Positions 51,701 to 63,700 of a DNA stretch of 64,000 nt are shown here, piece after piece. Every line of letters begins with the position of its first letter. Within the stretch, counting starts at the first letter, position 1. The notes beneath the pieces were generated by a model. The model searched no databases, had not been told where the DNA came from, and saw nothing but the letters and a program-made list of their open reading frames with translations. The position numbers and the translations under genes are program-made. The stretch spans positions 23,870,001 through 23,934,000 of the forward strand of contig OZ336895.1 of the NCBI GenBank assembly GCA_965287045.1, written 5' to 3'. The stretch comes from Carcharhinus amblyrhynchos. Its lineage: Eukaryota.

Positions 51701-54700
51701 ATAGCGGTGAGTTTGGGAATGGCATTAAACAAGAAATTAGTGATACCTGCGATGAAGGAACAACTGTAAATATGGGTGATTTTAATCTGCGTATAGATTG
51801 GGGCATATCAAATTAGTTGCAATATCATAGAGGAGGAATTGTTGGTGACTAGTGGAGTGCCGCAGGGATCAGTGCTGGGGTCTCAGCTATTTACCATTTA
51901 TATAGATGATCTGGAGGAGGGGGCTGAGTGTATGGTAATGAAATTTGCTGATGACACAAAGATAAGTGGAAAAGCAAATTGTGCGGAGGGCGTGGAAAGT
52001 CTGCAGAGGGATCTAGATAGGCTGAGCGAGTGGGCGAGGACCTGGCAGATGGAGTACAATGTTAGCAAGTGTGAGGTTATCCACTTTGGCAGGAATAATA
52101 GTAGGAGGGATTACTATTTAAAGGGCGAAAAGCTGCCGCATACTACGGTGCAGAGGGACCTGGGGGTCCTTGTGCATGAGTCGCTAAAACCCAGTCTGCA
52201 GGTGCAGCAGGTGATCAACGCGGCAAATGGGATGCTGGCCTTTATAGCGAGGGGGATAGAATATAAAAGCAGGGAGCTCTTGCTGCAACTGTACAGGGCA
52301 CTGGTGAGGCTGCAGCTGGAGTATTGTGTGCAGTTTTGGTCGCCGCACTTGCACAAGGACATTTTGGCCTTGGAGGGAGTGCAGAGGAGGTTCACTAGGC
52401 TGATACTGGAGATGAGGGGGTTGGGCTATGAAGAGAGACTAAATAGACTGGGTCTGTGCTTGTTGGAGTTTAGAAGGATGAGGAGGATCTTATAGAGACG
52501 TATAAGATAATGAAAGGGATGGATAGGGTAGAGGTAGAGAAATTCTTCCCGCTTCGAAAGGATAGCAGGACTAGAGGGCACAGCCTCAAGGTAAGGGGGG
52601 GGCAGTTTAGAATGGAGTTGAGGAGGAACTTCTTCACTCAAAGGGTGGTGAATCTCTGCCCGTTGAAGTGGTGGAGGCTACCTCGCTAAATATATTTAAG
52701 TCATGGGTAGATAGGTTTTTGACAGACAAGGGAATTAAGGGTTATGGGGAGAAAGCGGGAAAGTGGAACTGAGCCATTTCAGATCAGCCATGATCTTATT
52801 GAATGGCGGGGCAGGCTCAAAGGGCTAGATGGCCTACTCCTGCTCCTATTTCTTATGTTCTTATGAATTCCTGGAGTGTATATAGATGGTTTTCTGGACC
52901 AGTAAGTTGAGGAACCAACTAGAGAACAGGCCATCCTAGATGGTGTATTGTGTAATGAGAAAGGAATAATTGGCAATCTAGTTGTGTGAGGCCCCTTGGG
53001 GATGAGCAAACATAACATGAGGAAATTCACGATCAAGATGGAGAGTGACATAGTTGATCCTGAGACTAGGGGTGTAAATCTCGATAAAGGAAAATATGAT
53101 AGCATGAGGCATTGAGGATTTGGAGCAGTGAGTCCACACCCAAAATATTGTGTGCAGTTCTGGTTTTCTTATTTGAGTTCCTAGGGCATAGTGGCCTAAC
53201 AATAAAATCCCTCAACTTGACATTTAATGTCATAAATAGAGCTATTAACTCATCAACTGTATGACTCAGAAGTCAAAAGAAGTGTAATGATGCTAAATTG
53301 TGCAATAATCATTGGATCATACAACAGTTAATCAGAGGTCCTTCAGCCCAAGTTGCCTGTACCAGCCCTTTGGAACAATTATCGATGTTAATAGGAAAAG
53401 ACATAAGAACATAAGAAATAGGAGCAGGAGTAGGCCATCTGGCCCTTCGAGCCTGCCCCGCCATTCAATAAGATCATGGCTGATCTGTCGTGGCTCAGTT
53501 CCACTTTCCCGCCCTCTCCCCATAACCCTTAATCCCCTCTCTTATCAAAAACCCATCAACCCGCTTCTTAAAAATATTTAGCGAGGCAGCCTCCACCACT
53601 TCAACGGGCAGAGAATTCCAGAGACAGGGTTAAAAAAAGAAAAACTATTTCCCTGGTTGAAGATTCTAGAACTAGAGGTCATAGTTTAAAAATTAGAGTG
53701 ACACCATTCAGGAGTGATGTTAGGAAGCAGTTCAACACACAAGGGTGGTAGAGGTTTGGAAACCGCTTCCAAAAATGGCAAATGATGCAAGATGAGCTCC
53801 TAATTTTAAATCTTGAGATAGGTTAATTTTTGTTAAGCAAAGGTATCAAGGGATAGTGGCCAAACGCCACAGTTAGGCCACAGATCAGCCGTACTCTCAT
53901 TGAATGGCACATAACAGGCTTCATCCAATTCAGGATTCTCATTTGAAAAATATTACATAATCTGATCTCATTGTCCTTTCAGAACATTCCAGAATATTTT
54001 TGTTTTAATTTCCAATATCACCTTTGATTATTTTGCCAATTGTTGTTAATCTGTTTTGCGACACTTCTGCCACTGCATACAGAGGATTCTCATTTACTCT
54101 GGCAAAAGGCCTCACCATTTTCAACACATCTATCAAGTTTCTTCTCAACCTTCTCTGTTCTAAGGATAACAATGCAGTTTCTCTGGTTTCCCCCCTCCCC
54201 CGACATAACTGAAAGCTTTCAGTGCAAACACATTCTAGTGAATGTCTTCTCTAAGACTTTGCTTTCGTTCATGAAGTGTGGTGTCCAGAACGGATCATGA
54301 CATTCCAACATGCAATGAAGTTGTGACCATCCGGGGTAATGTAGGCAGCAAATTAATTTCATACTCCCCCATTGCAGAGCCAAATGCAAACTGTCAGCGA
54401 TGAGGTGAAAAGAATTATTCAACAACAGATCTCAACTGGCATTCATTTTAGCTGCAACGCATTGAATTTTAACCCCGATATTATAAACTGAGGCTCGTAA
54501 CAACTGTGAAGCTCATGTCTGAAAATGTTGCCATCAAGTTCCTAAATAAATAACTTATTTTCCAGTGCGGCACGTGCTGACAGCACCAGCGTCTCTTCAA
54601 TCTGTACATTTGGAAATGATTCCTCTCCTCAGGATGTTAACAGAGTTACTGTATACCATGAGTTCAGGGACAACACAAAGGGCATTTCCACTTTGGGAGC

Positions 54701-57700
54701 ATATTCGCTGGATAACAACAGTCTCTACGTGAATGGTATTTATCAGATAAAGGAGATATTCTATTTTTCTATGCTTTTATCAACTTGATTGTGTTTGTGT
54801 GATCAAAATGAGGAAACTTAAGCCAAACCTATCAATGTATCTAATTCCATAATGTAATGATGATTTTTCCACTTGACTCATTTTATCTAAGACACAATTT
54901 TCATTTTTCAGGCTACCATGAACCAGCTCCTACAACCCGTGAGTATGGTTTCTATTTCAATGTTCTATTCTAAAGATTCTTTTTAATGCAGTGGGAAACA
55001 ACAGAATAAATCTTTATTAAACTCTTTATATATTGTCAAATGCATCTAATGCATTAGAGATGGCAGCACAGTTGTTAGTAATGCTGTCTCACAGTGCCAG
55101 GGACCAGGGTTCAATTCTGGCCTTGGGTCTGTGTGGTATTTGCATGTTCCTCCTGTGTCTGTGTGGGTTTCCTCTGAGTGCTCAGTTTCCTCCCACAGTC
55201 CAAAGATGTGCGGGTCAGGTTACTTGGCCATGCTCAATTGCCAATTAGTGTCAGGGAGATTAGCAGTGTAAATATTTTGGGTTACGGGAATAGGGCCCTG
55301 CTGGGACTGTTGTTGGTGCAGACTCCTGGGGATTGTATGATGGATGCCATAAGATGCAATTTCTCCCCTTTAGAAATGCTTGACACACGGTTATTTTTCT
55401 GTTTGATATTCGTATCAATTCTTGAATTGGGCATATTTATGACTTAGCAGTGATGTTGTAGATGTGATGTTATCCTCTGTCTTTCACGTGACACATGCAT
55501 GAAGAGGTTGTTAACATAGTGGGAGCAACCTGAAGGAAGTAGCTAACAGCATCTGAAATTAGACCTGTTGCCTGAGTTTAGACATAAAGACAAGTCTGCA
55601 AGTCAGTAACAGACTCAATAAAATCGGGAGAACCGTCTAAACAGACAAGCAGTTAGCTACAGGATCAACATTAGGATAGTCTGTGTCCAAATGCATATGT
55701 GATGGCAATAATTATTTCTTAGGAAAGGAAGCTAATTCTTTTCATCTCACCCAACTTCAAAAAGCTCTAACACTAAATCACAAATTCTGTTGTGATTTCA
55801 TTTATCTTGCTTTATTTTACTGCCACTCTTGAATGAAAATAATGCGATAAACATTATTTATTCTCAGTTTAACGTTTTATCTATTTATTTTTAACAGCGC
55901 CAATTGTGGTCACAACACCAACCGTGCAAACACAGCCTTTAGATTTCAACATGACCTTCATTATAACTAACTTGGTTCCAACAGCAAGTCTACTATCTTC
56001 CAATTCTGCGCTGCACAAATCTGCAGCAAGTATTCTTGCTTACATGGTATGTTCACAGTTTAATTATTAATACAAAGAAAAATGTTCATTAATTCGAGAA
56101 TATTCTCGCTAATACTGTGTCTGTTCCTTTCTTTCAGTTGGACAACGTGTTCAAGAACAGCAATATCAACAAAACATTCTCAAACTGCAAAGTTCTTTCT
56201 TTCAGGTAAGAAATGTTGACGCTAAATACAATCTGTATCTGTTCAAGATTATTTCTAAGTTTATTCGTTCTAAGTTTGTTAAAAATGTTTATTATTACAA
56301 ATATATTTAGAAATATACTTCTATGTATATTTCAGAAGGCTTTTCCATCAAAACATTTTTGCATCTAGAAGAATGGGACAGATTTTTCCTGCAGAGAGTC
56401 TCAAATATTTTGATCTCATTGATATATTTACTGAAGATTAAAGTAGTCAGCTGACTGTAAGAAATATTTGTCTAATATGTTTGAGAAAACTTAATTTTTA
56501 TTCTCCTTGTCAATCTGTCTAAGATGATATCAAGGATGTTAATTCATTGTGAAGACAGCAAAGAACAGAACAAATGCTAATCTTTTTATTTGATACTAAA
56601 TTTTCTACAGGATACAACATTGCTGGTCTCCTCTCAGTCCAAAAGTAGTGTCCCAGAGTCTCCCACTATTTTTGAGAATAGCAATAAATAAAAGAGTCTA
56701 ATTAATTAATTAAACCAATGGACAGGCCCTTAAATAGAAATCTCACTTTATATATGCTTAATATACTTAATTAATCAATGCCTTCCACCCAGATATCCTT
56801 AACATCAGTGCTACAATTAATAGTGGATTATTTATTTCATCAACTCTCTTTAATATACTGAGCAACTGCTTCTTTAATGTGGTTAGCGAATGTGAGTGTG
56901 ATGCTGTTCTAAGGTTGGATTTGAGCCACATTGGTGCAGCAGATAAAAGAGAATTATCCTCAGCATCTAACTATGCTTGAATGTAAATTGGATTATTTAG
57001 TGGAAAGAGTTATTCAATGAAAATTATCAGCTAGCAATTGTTTTTACTGCAATACATTGGGGTGATCTTACCATTAAAAAATCGAATTGCCAAACAAGCG
57101 TGTAAACGGGAGAGATTCACGCCCATTTTTCAGACTCGATCTTATGCCACTTTGTACAAAAGAGGCAAAGTGCAGATAGGGGAAGTAGATGGTGTCTACT
57201 TTTACGAGGAAGCCTGCTAATCACAGCTAGAGGGCGCCAGTGCACATGTGCAGGTCTCTCAGTGTTCTGAGCAAAGTGTACATAGAACAGAGATCAGTCA
57301 CTTCCCAAATTCACGTCCACCACCCCCCCGCCCAGCAGATATTATACCCCACCCACCCAATCGGTGACGCCCCCTGAACCCCATCCCCAGTATATCACCC
57401 CAACACGTCTCTCCCCACTGTACCGACCAATCGCCACACCACTACTCCCCCAACCACCCCCGACCGTTCACCATGATTTCCCCCTACCCCCACACCATTC
57501 CCAGCCGATCACAAGAAGCAGGAACCAGGCATAACCCCTATTTTTCACTTCGCTCATGATCTTACTGGGTCGCTATGCCAATTGACTGGCATGACAAGCT
57601 GGTAAGATCACCTCCATTGAATTTTAACCCCAATATTATAAACTGATATCTATAACTACAGGAAGCTCATGTTTCCCAATGTCGCCATGAAGTTTCCTAA

Positions 57701-60700
57701 TTAAATAACTTTTTATTTTCCAGTGCGGCAAGTGCTGACAGTACCAACGTGTCCTCAATCTGTACATTTGGAAATGATTCCTCTCCTCAGGATGTTAACA
57801 GAGTTACTGTATACCATGAGTTCAGAGATAACACAAAGGACATTTCAACTTTGGGAGCATATTCACTGGATAACAACAGTCTCTACGTGAATGGTATTTA
57901 TCAGATAAAGGAGATATTCCATTCTATTCCTTTGCATCTTATCAACATGGTTATGTTTATCAAATTATGTGATCAAACTGAGGAAAATTAAGCCAAACCC
58001 ACCAATGAATCTTATTCCACTATTTAATGATAAATTTCCAGCTGACTCATTTTATTTAAGACACATCTTTCATTTTTCAGGCTACCATGAATCAGCTCCT
58101 ACATCCCGTGAGTATAGTTTCTGTTTCTGTGCTTTCCTAACAATTCCTTTTATTGCAGTGGGAAACAACAAAGTAAATCTTTATTGAACTCTTTTTATAT
58201 ATTGTCAAATGCATCTATCACATTAGCGATGGCATCACGATGGCTGGGCAATGCTGCCTCACAGTGCCAGGGACCAGGGTTAAAGTCTGGCCTATCAAGA
58301 CTATCAGTGGAGTTTGCATGTTCGCTCTGTGTCTGCATGGGTTTCCTCCAGGTGCTCTGGTTTCTTCCCACAGTCCAAAGATGTGTGTAGGTTGATTGAC
58401 CATGCTAAATTGACAATAGTGTCAGGGGGATTAACAGGGGAAATATGTGGGGTTACGGAATAGAGCCTGGGTGGAATTGTGGTCGGTGCAGACTCGATGG
58501 GCCCAATAGCCTCCTTCTGCACTATAGGGATTCTATGAGTTTGCATGTTCTGTGTGGGTTTTGTCCAAGTGCTCCAGTTTCTTCCCACAGTCCAAAAATG
58601 TGCAGTCAGTTTAATCGGCCATCCTCAATTGCCAATTAATGTCAGGGAGATTAGCAGTGTAAATATTTTGGGTTATGGGAATAGGGCTCCACTGGGACTG
58701 TTGTTGGTGCAGACTCTTGGGGATTCTATGATGGATGAAATGACGTGTAATTTCTTCTCTTTAGAAATGCCTGGCACACGGTTATTTTCTGTTGGATTAT
58801 TCATGTAAATTCTTGAATTGGGGATGTTTATGACCTAGCAGGGATTTTGTAGGTGTTATGATGTCCTTTGTCCTTTGTGTGAGGCATGTGTGAAGAGGTT
58901 GATAACATGATGGAAATAACCTGAAGGAAACAGCTAACAGCATCTGAAATTAGATCTGTTTCCTGAGTTTAGACAAAAAGATAAATCTGCAATCAGTAAC
59001 AGACTCAACAAAATCAGAACATCTAAACAGAGAAACAGTCAGTTACAGGATCAAAGGTTAGGATAGTTTGTATCCCAATTCCATATGTGATGGCAAAAAT
59101 TATCCCTTAGGAAAGGAAGCTAATTCTTTTCATCTCACTAACCTCAAAAAGCTCTAACACCAAGATGAAATATTCTGTTGTGATTTCATTATTCTTTATT
59201 CTACTGCCGCTGTGGAATGAAAATGATGCAATTACAGATTATTTATTCCAAGGTTAATGTTTATCTATTTATTCATGACAGCACCAATTGTGGTCACAAC
59301 CCCAAACCTGCAAAGAAATCCCTTCGATTTCAATGTGACCTTCATCATAACTAACTTGGTTCCAACAGCAAGTCTACTATCTTCCAATTCTGCGCTGCAC
59401 AAATCTGCAGCAAGTATTCTTGCTTACAAGGTATGTTCACAGTTTAATTATTAATACAAAGAAATATGTTCATTAATTCTAGAATATTCTCTCTAATACT
59501 GTGTCTGTTCCTTTCCTTCAGTTGGACAACATGTTCAAGAACAGCAATATCAATAAAACATTCTCAAACTGCAAAATTCTTTCTTTCAGGTAAGAAATGT
59601 TGACATTAAACACAATCTGCATCTGTTTCAAGATTATTTCTAAGTTTGCTAAAAATGTTTATTATTACAAAATGGGTAATGCTTCTAGGTATACTTCGGA
59701 AAACTAGGATTTCTTGTCAATATATTTCGATCTGAATTAATGGGACAGAGTTTCCTGCACACAGTCTCAAATGTTTCGATCCCATTGATATATTTACTGA
59801 CGATTAAAGTAGTTAGCTGACTGTGAGCAATATTTGTCCAATATGTTTGAGAATATATAATTTTTATTTTCCTTGTTAGTCTGTGTAAGGTGTTATAAAG
59901 AGTGTTAATTCATCATGGAGTCAGTTAGCAAAGTAGGAAACCAAAGCCAATCTTTTTATTTAATAATAGATTTTTTAGAAGACACAACATTGCCGGTCTC
60001 TTCTCAATCCAACATGTAGTGTCCCAGAAGTCTCCATTTTGTTTATGAGTATAGCAACAAAATAAGATAGATTAATTAATTAAACCAATGGACAAGCCCT
60101 TAAATAGAAATCTCGCTTTATATATGCTCAATGTATTTAATTAATCCATGCCTTCCACCTGTATATCTATGCTACAATTAACAGTGGATTATTTCTTTAA
60201 TAGACTGCCTTTAAAACACAGAGCAAACTGTTTCTTTAATGTGTTTAGTGTATGTGTTCCAAGGTTGGATTCGAGCCACATTGGTGCAGCAAACTAAAGG
60301 GAAATAACCTCAGCATCTAACTATGCTTGAATATAAATTAGATTATTTATTGGGAGTTTCCTTCTCCAGTACTAAAATCCTTCATCTTGAACACAAAGTT
60401 AACACAGATTGAAAGTTTAAACAAAATATGAATTAATACATTTTCAGACTCTGAATCACAAATACTATAGTGGTTGCTAATATTGCAACATACCTTATGG
60501 GAACAAATATATTGTGAATGACATCAGTCTCAATTAAGAAGGAGTCACAACTTCTGCCATTTTTGAAACACTCAGGAGTCTTCTCTCCTGCACTTTTTGG
60601 AAGTTTGGATGATCATTCATGGTCATGTGTCAATTATTTATTCCTTGAATTTCTTTTCTGTTCCTTGGAGTGTTAGGACTTTGCGCAGACGCCTGAGGAG

Positions 60701-63700
60701 CAGTATGGGCGGAGTTATTAGCAAGTTACATCCTGGAAAAATATTTAAAATTTAAAGTATTTTTAAATATTGAAAAACCTTGACAACCTCCTTTTTGCCT
60801 CTGAATTAACATGGATGTAAATACAGTCATCAACCAGTCAACTTGTGACCAAGGTGATGGCATAGTATCCACAATTTTACTGTTCTTTGCCAAACGTGCT
60901 AACAGTACCTGTGGCAATAAGGACCAATACTTTCACTATCACGATTACTGCTAACAGAACACAGATGCTCCGCCTGAACTACAGACGTGCATCCTGGAGA
61001 AGGCCCAATCGCTCTATTGCTTCTTTGACAGAGTCATCTCAAGCAGAAAAGATGTTCCCAATGGTGGGGTGTTCAGTGATGGAGGCCATAGTCAAAGGAT
61101 ATTGGCTAAAACTTTTAGGACTGAGATAAGTAAAAACTTATTCAGCCAGAGATTGGTAAGCATGTGGAATTTGCTACCAAAGAAAGTAGTTGAGACCAAA
61201 ACATTGTATATTTTCAAGAAGGGGTGAGGTAGAGCTCTTGGGGTGAAGGAAATGAAAGGATATGAGGAGAATGTGGGATCAGGCTATTGAGTTGGATCAT
61301 CAACCATGATCAGAATGAAAGGTGGAGCAGGCTGAAAGGGCCAAAAAGCCAATATTTGCTCTTATTTTCAATATATCCAGCATGCCTCATTCATTCTACT
61401 GGTGAGTTGGGAAGCATGAAAGAATGTGCATTTTCATCTTTAATTGACATATACCAAACTCCCAGTAAACCAAAAGACTGTGGTCTGTGATAAATTGCTT
61501 TTGAACAGATTTTCTTTTGAGAGAAATTTTGAGAACATTGTCCAACTATGTCTGATCTGTAAAAATATATCATTGGCATAGAGTTTTATCATTATTTTCA
61601 ACAAATAAAAACTTCAGGTAACTGAATTTCTCAGAAACATAACAAATATTCTGAAATCAAAGTTATTGTGTCTGATTATTCCTGTGAACTCATGCAAAAC
61701 AAGTCAATATAACATGGTGGCTCAGTGATTAGTCTTGCTGTCTCATAGCTCCAGAAACCTGGGTTCGATTCCTGGCTTGGGTCACTGTCTGTGCAGACTT
61801 TGCACATTCTCCCCATGTCTGTGTGGGTTTCCTCTGGGTGCTCCAGTTTCCTCCCACAGTCCAAATGACATGCTGGTTAGACGCATTGGTTATGCTAAAT
61901 TCTCCTTAAATGTACCCGAACAGGAGAGTGGTGACAAGGGGATTTTCACAATAACTTCATTGCAGTGTTAATTTAAGCCTACCTGTGACACTAGTACATA
62001 AATGAACTTTAAAACAATTGGCATTTGTATTAGTTGTAACACAATAAGTAATATCGGTCCCAGTGTACTTTAACAGAAGGGGTACAATGGTAAAGAAATC
62101 AGAGCCAAGTGCTCAGAGTCAGTTAGCCCCAGTCAGGAATCCCAATGGCCTGTTGAATCAGGACAAATCAGAATTCCCACTGGGTGTAATTGTGTTCTGA
62201 TTCTATTCCCACTGCTGCCATGTAAGTCAGATCCTCACTCATAGCACTTCAGAAGAGCCAGACACAAGATGCTATTCTTTCAATGTTAACAGAGGGACAG
62301 CCCACTAAAACTCACTTTTTGCTGTGCATCAAAAGTGATAGGCAGGGAATCAAGGGCCAGAATCAAACTGGGCCACAGTGAAAAATAGTGGGAATGGGAC
62401 AAGGAATGTTAAAAAGACAAACCTTAAGACTTTGTGTGTTATCTCACAAAGAATTTGCAATAAATGGATGAATTAATCACAGAAATGGATGTAAACAGGT
62501 GTGATATAGTCGGGATTATGGATCACGGATATAGTCAGGGTTAAGGATTATGGATCACAACATTCCAACACGTGATGAAGTTATCACCATCCAGAGTAAT
62601 GCAGGCAGCAACTCAACTTCATACTGCCCCCTGCAAAGCCAAATGCAAACTGTCACTGATGGAATGAGAAGAGCTATTCAATAAAGCATAGGAACACAGA
62701 AATAGCAGTAGGCTATTCAGCCTCTCAAGTTTGTTCTGCGTCATTCAGAGAGATCATGGTTGATCTGTGGCGTAATTCCATATACCTGCCTTTGAGCCAA
62801 ATCCCTTAATACTTATGTTTAATAAACTTTTATATATCTCAGATGTAAAATTAGCAACTGCTCTGGCATCAACTACCATTCGTGGAAGAGTTCCAAATGT
62901 CTACCACCAATTTGTGTGGAGCCATGCTTCCTAACATCTCTCCTGGTTAGTCTGGCACTTATTTTTAGACTATGCCCCTAGTTCTAGAATCTCCAACTAC
63001 TGGAGATCATTTATCATTATCTACCCTGTCTTTTCCTGTTAATATCTTGAAGACTTCAATCAGATCATCCACTAATCTTCTAGACTGTTGAGAAAATTGG
63101 CCTCATTTGTATAATCTGTCCTCATAATATAAGCCTGAAAGACCAGGTATCATTGTGGTAAACCTACATCTCCCTCCAAGACTAATTCTTCAGGTGCATT
63201 AGCCCAGATCTGCTCACAATACTCCAAATGGTATCTAACCAATGTTTTGATTAGCTGTAGCATAATTCCCAGCTACCACTTATTTTAGCTGCAACACATT
63301 AAATTTTAACCCCAAAATTAAAAACTAATATCTATAACTAAAGTGAAACTCCAATGTCGCCATGAAGTTTCCTAATTAAATAACTTTATATTTTCCAGTG
63401 CGGCAAGTGATGACAGCACCAGCGTCTCTTCAATCTGTACATTTGGAAATGATTCCTCTCCTCAGGATGTTAACAGGGTTACTGTATACCATGAGTTCAG
63501 GGATAACACAAAGGACATTTCCACTTTGGGAGCATATTCACTGGATAACAACAGTCTCTACGTGAATGGTATTTATCAGTTAAAGGAGATATTCTATTCT
63601 ATTCTTTTCAGTTTATCAATTTGATTGTGTTTCTGTGATCAAACTAAGGAAAATTAAACCAAACGTATCAGTGGATCTTATTCCTCTATTTAATGATGGG

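Noticed and set aside
51839-52495. Reverse transcriptase ORF as a retron/DGR-type diversifier of the array
   Set aside because: It is a 5'-truncated, frameshifted CR1 LINE ORF2 with the family tail and a target duplication, and shows no link to the repeats.
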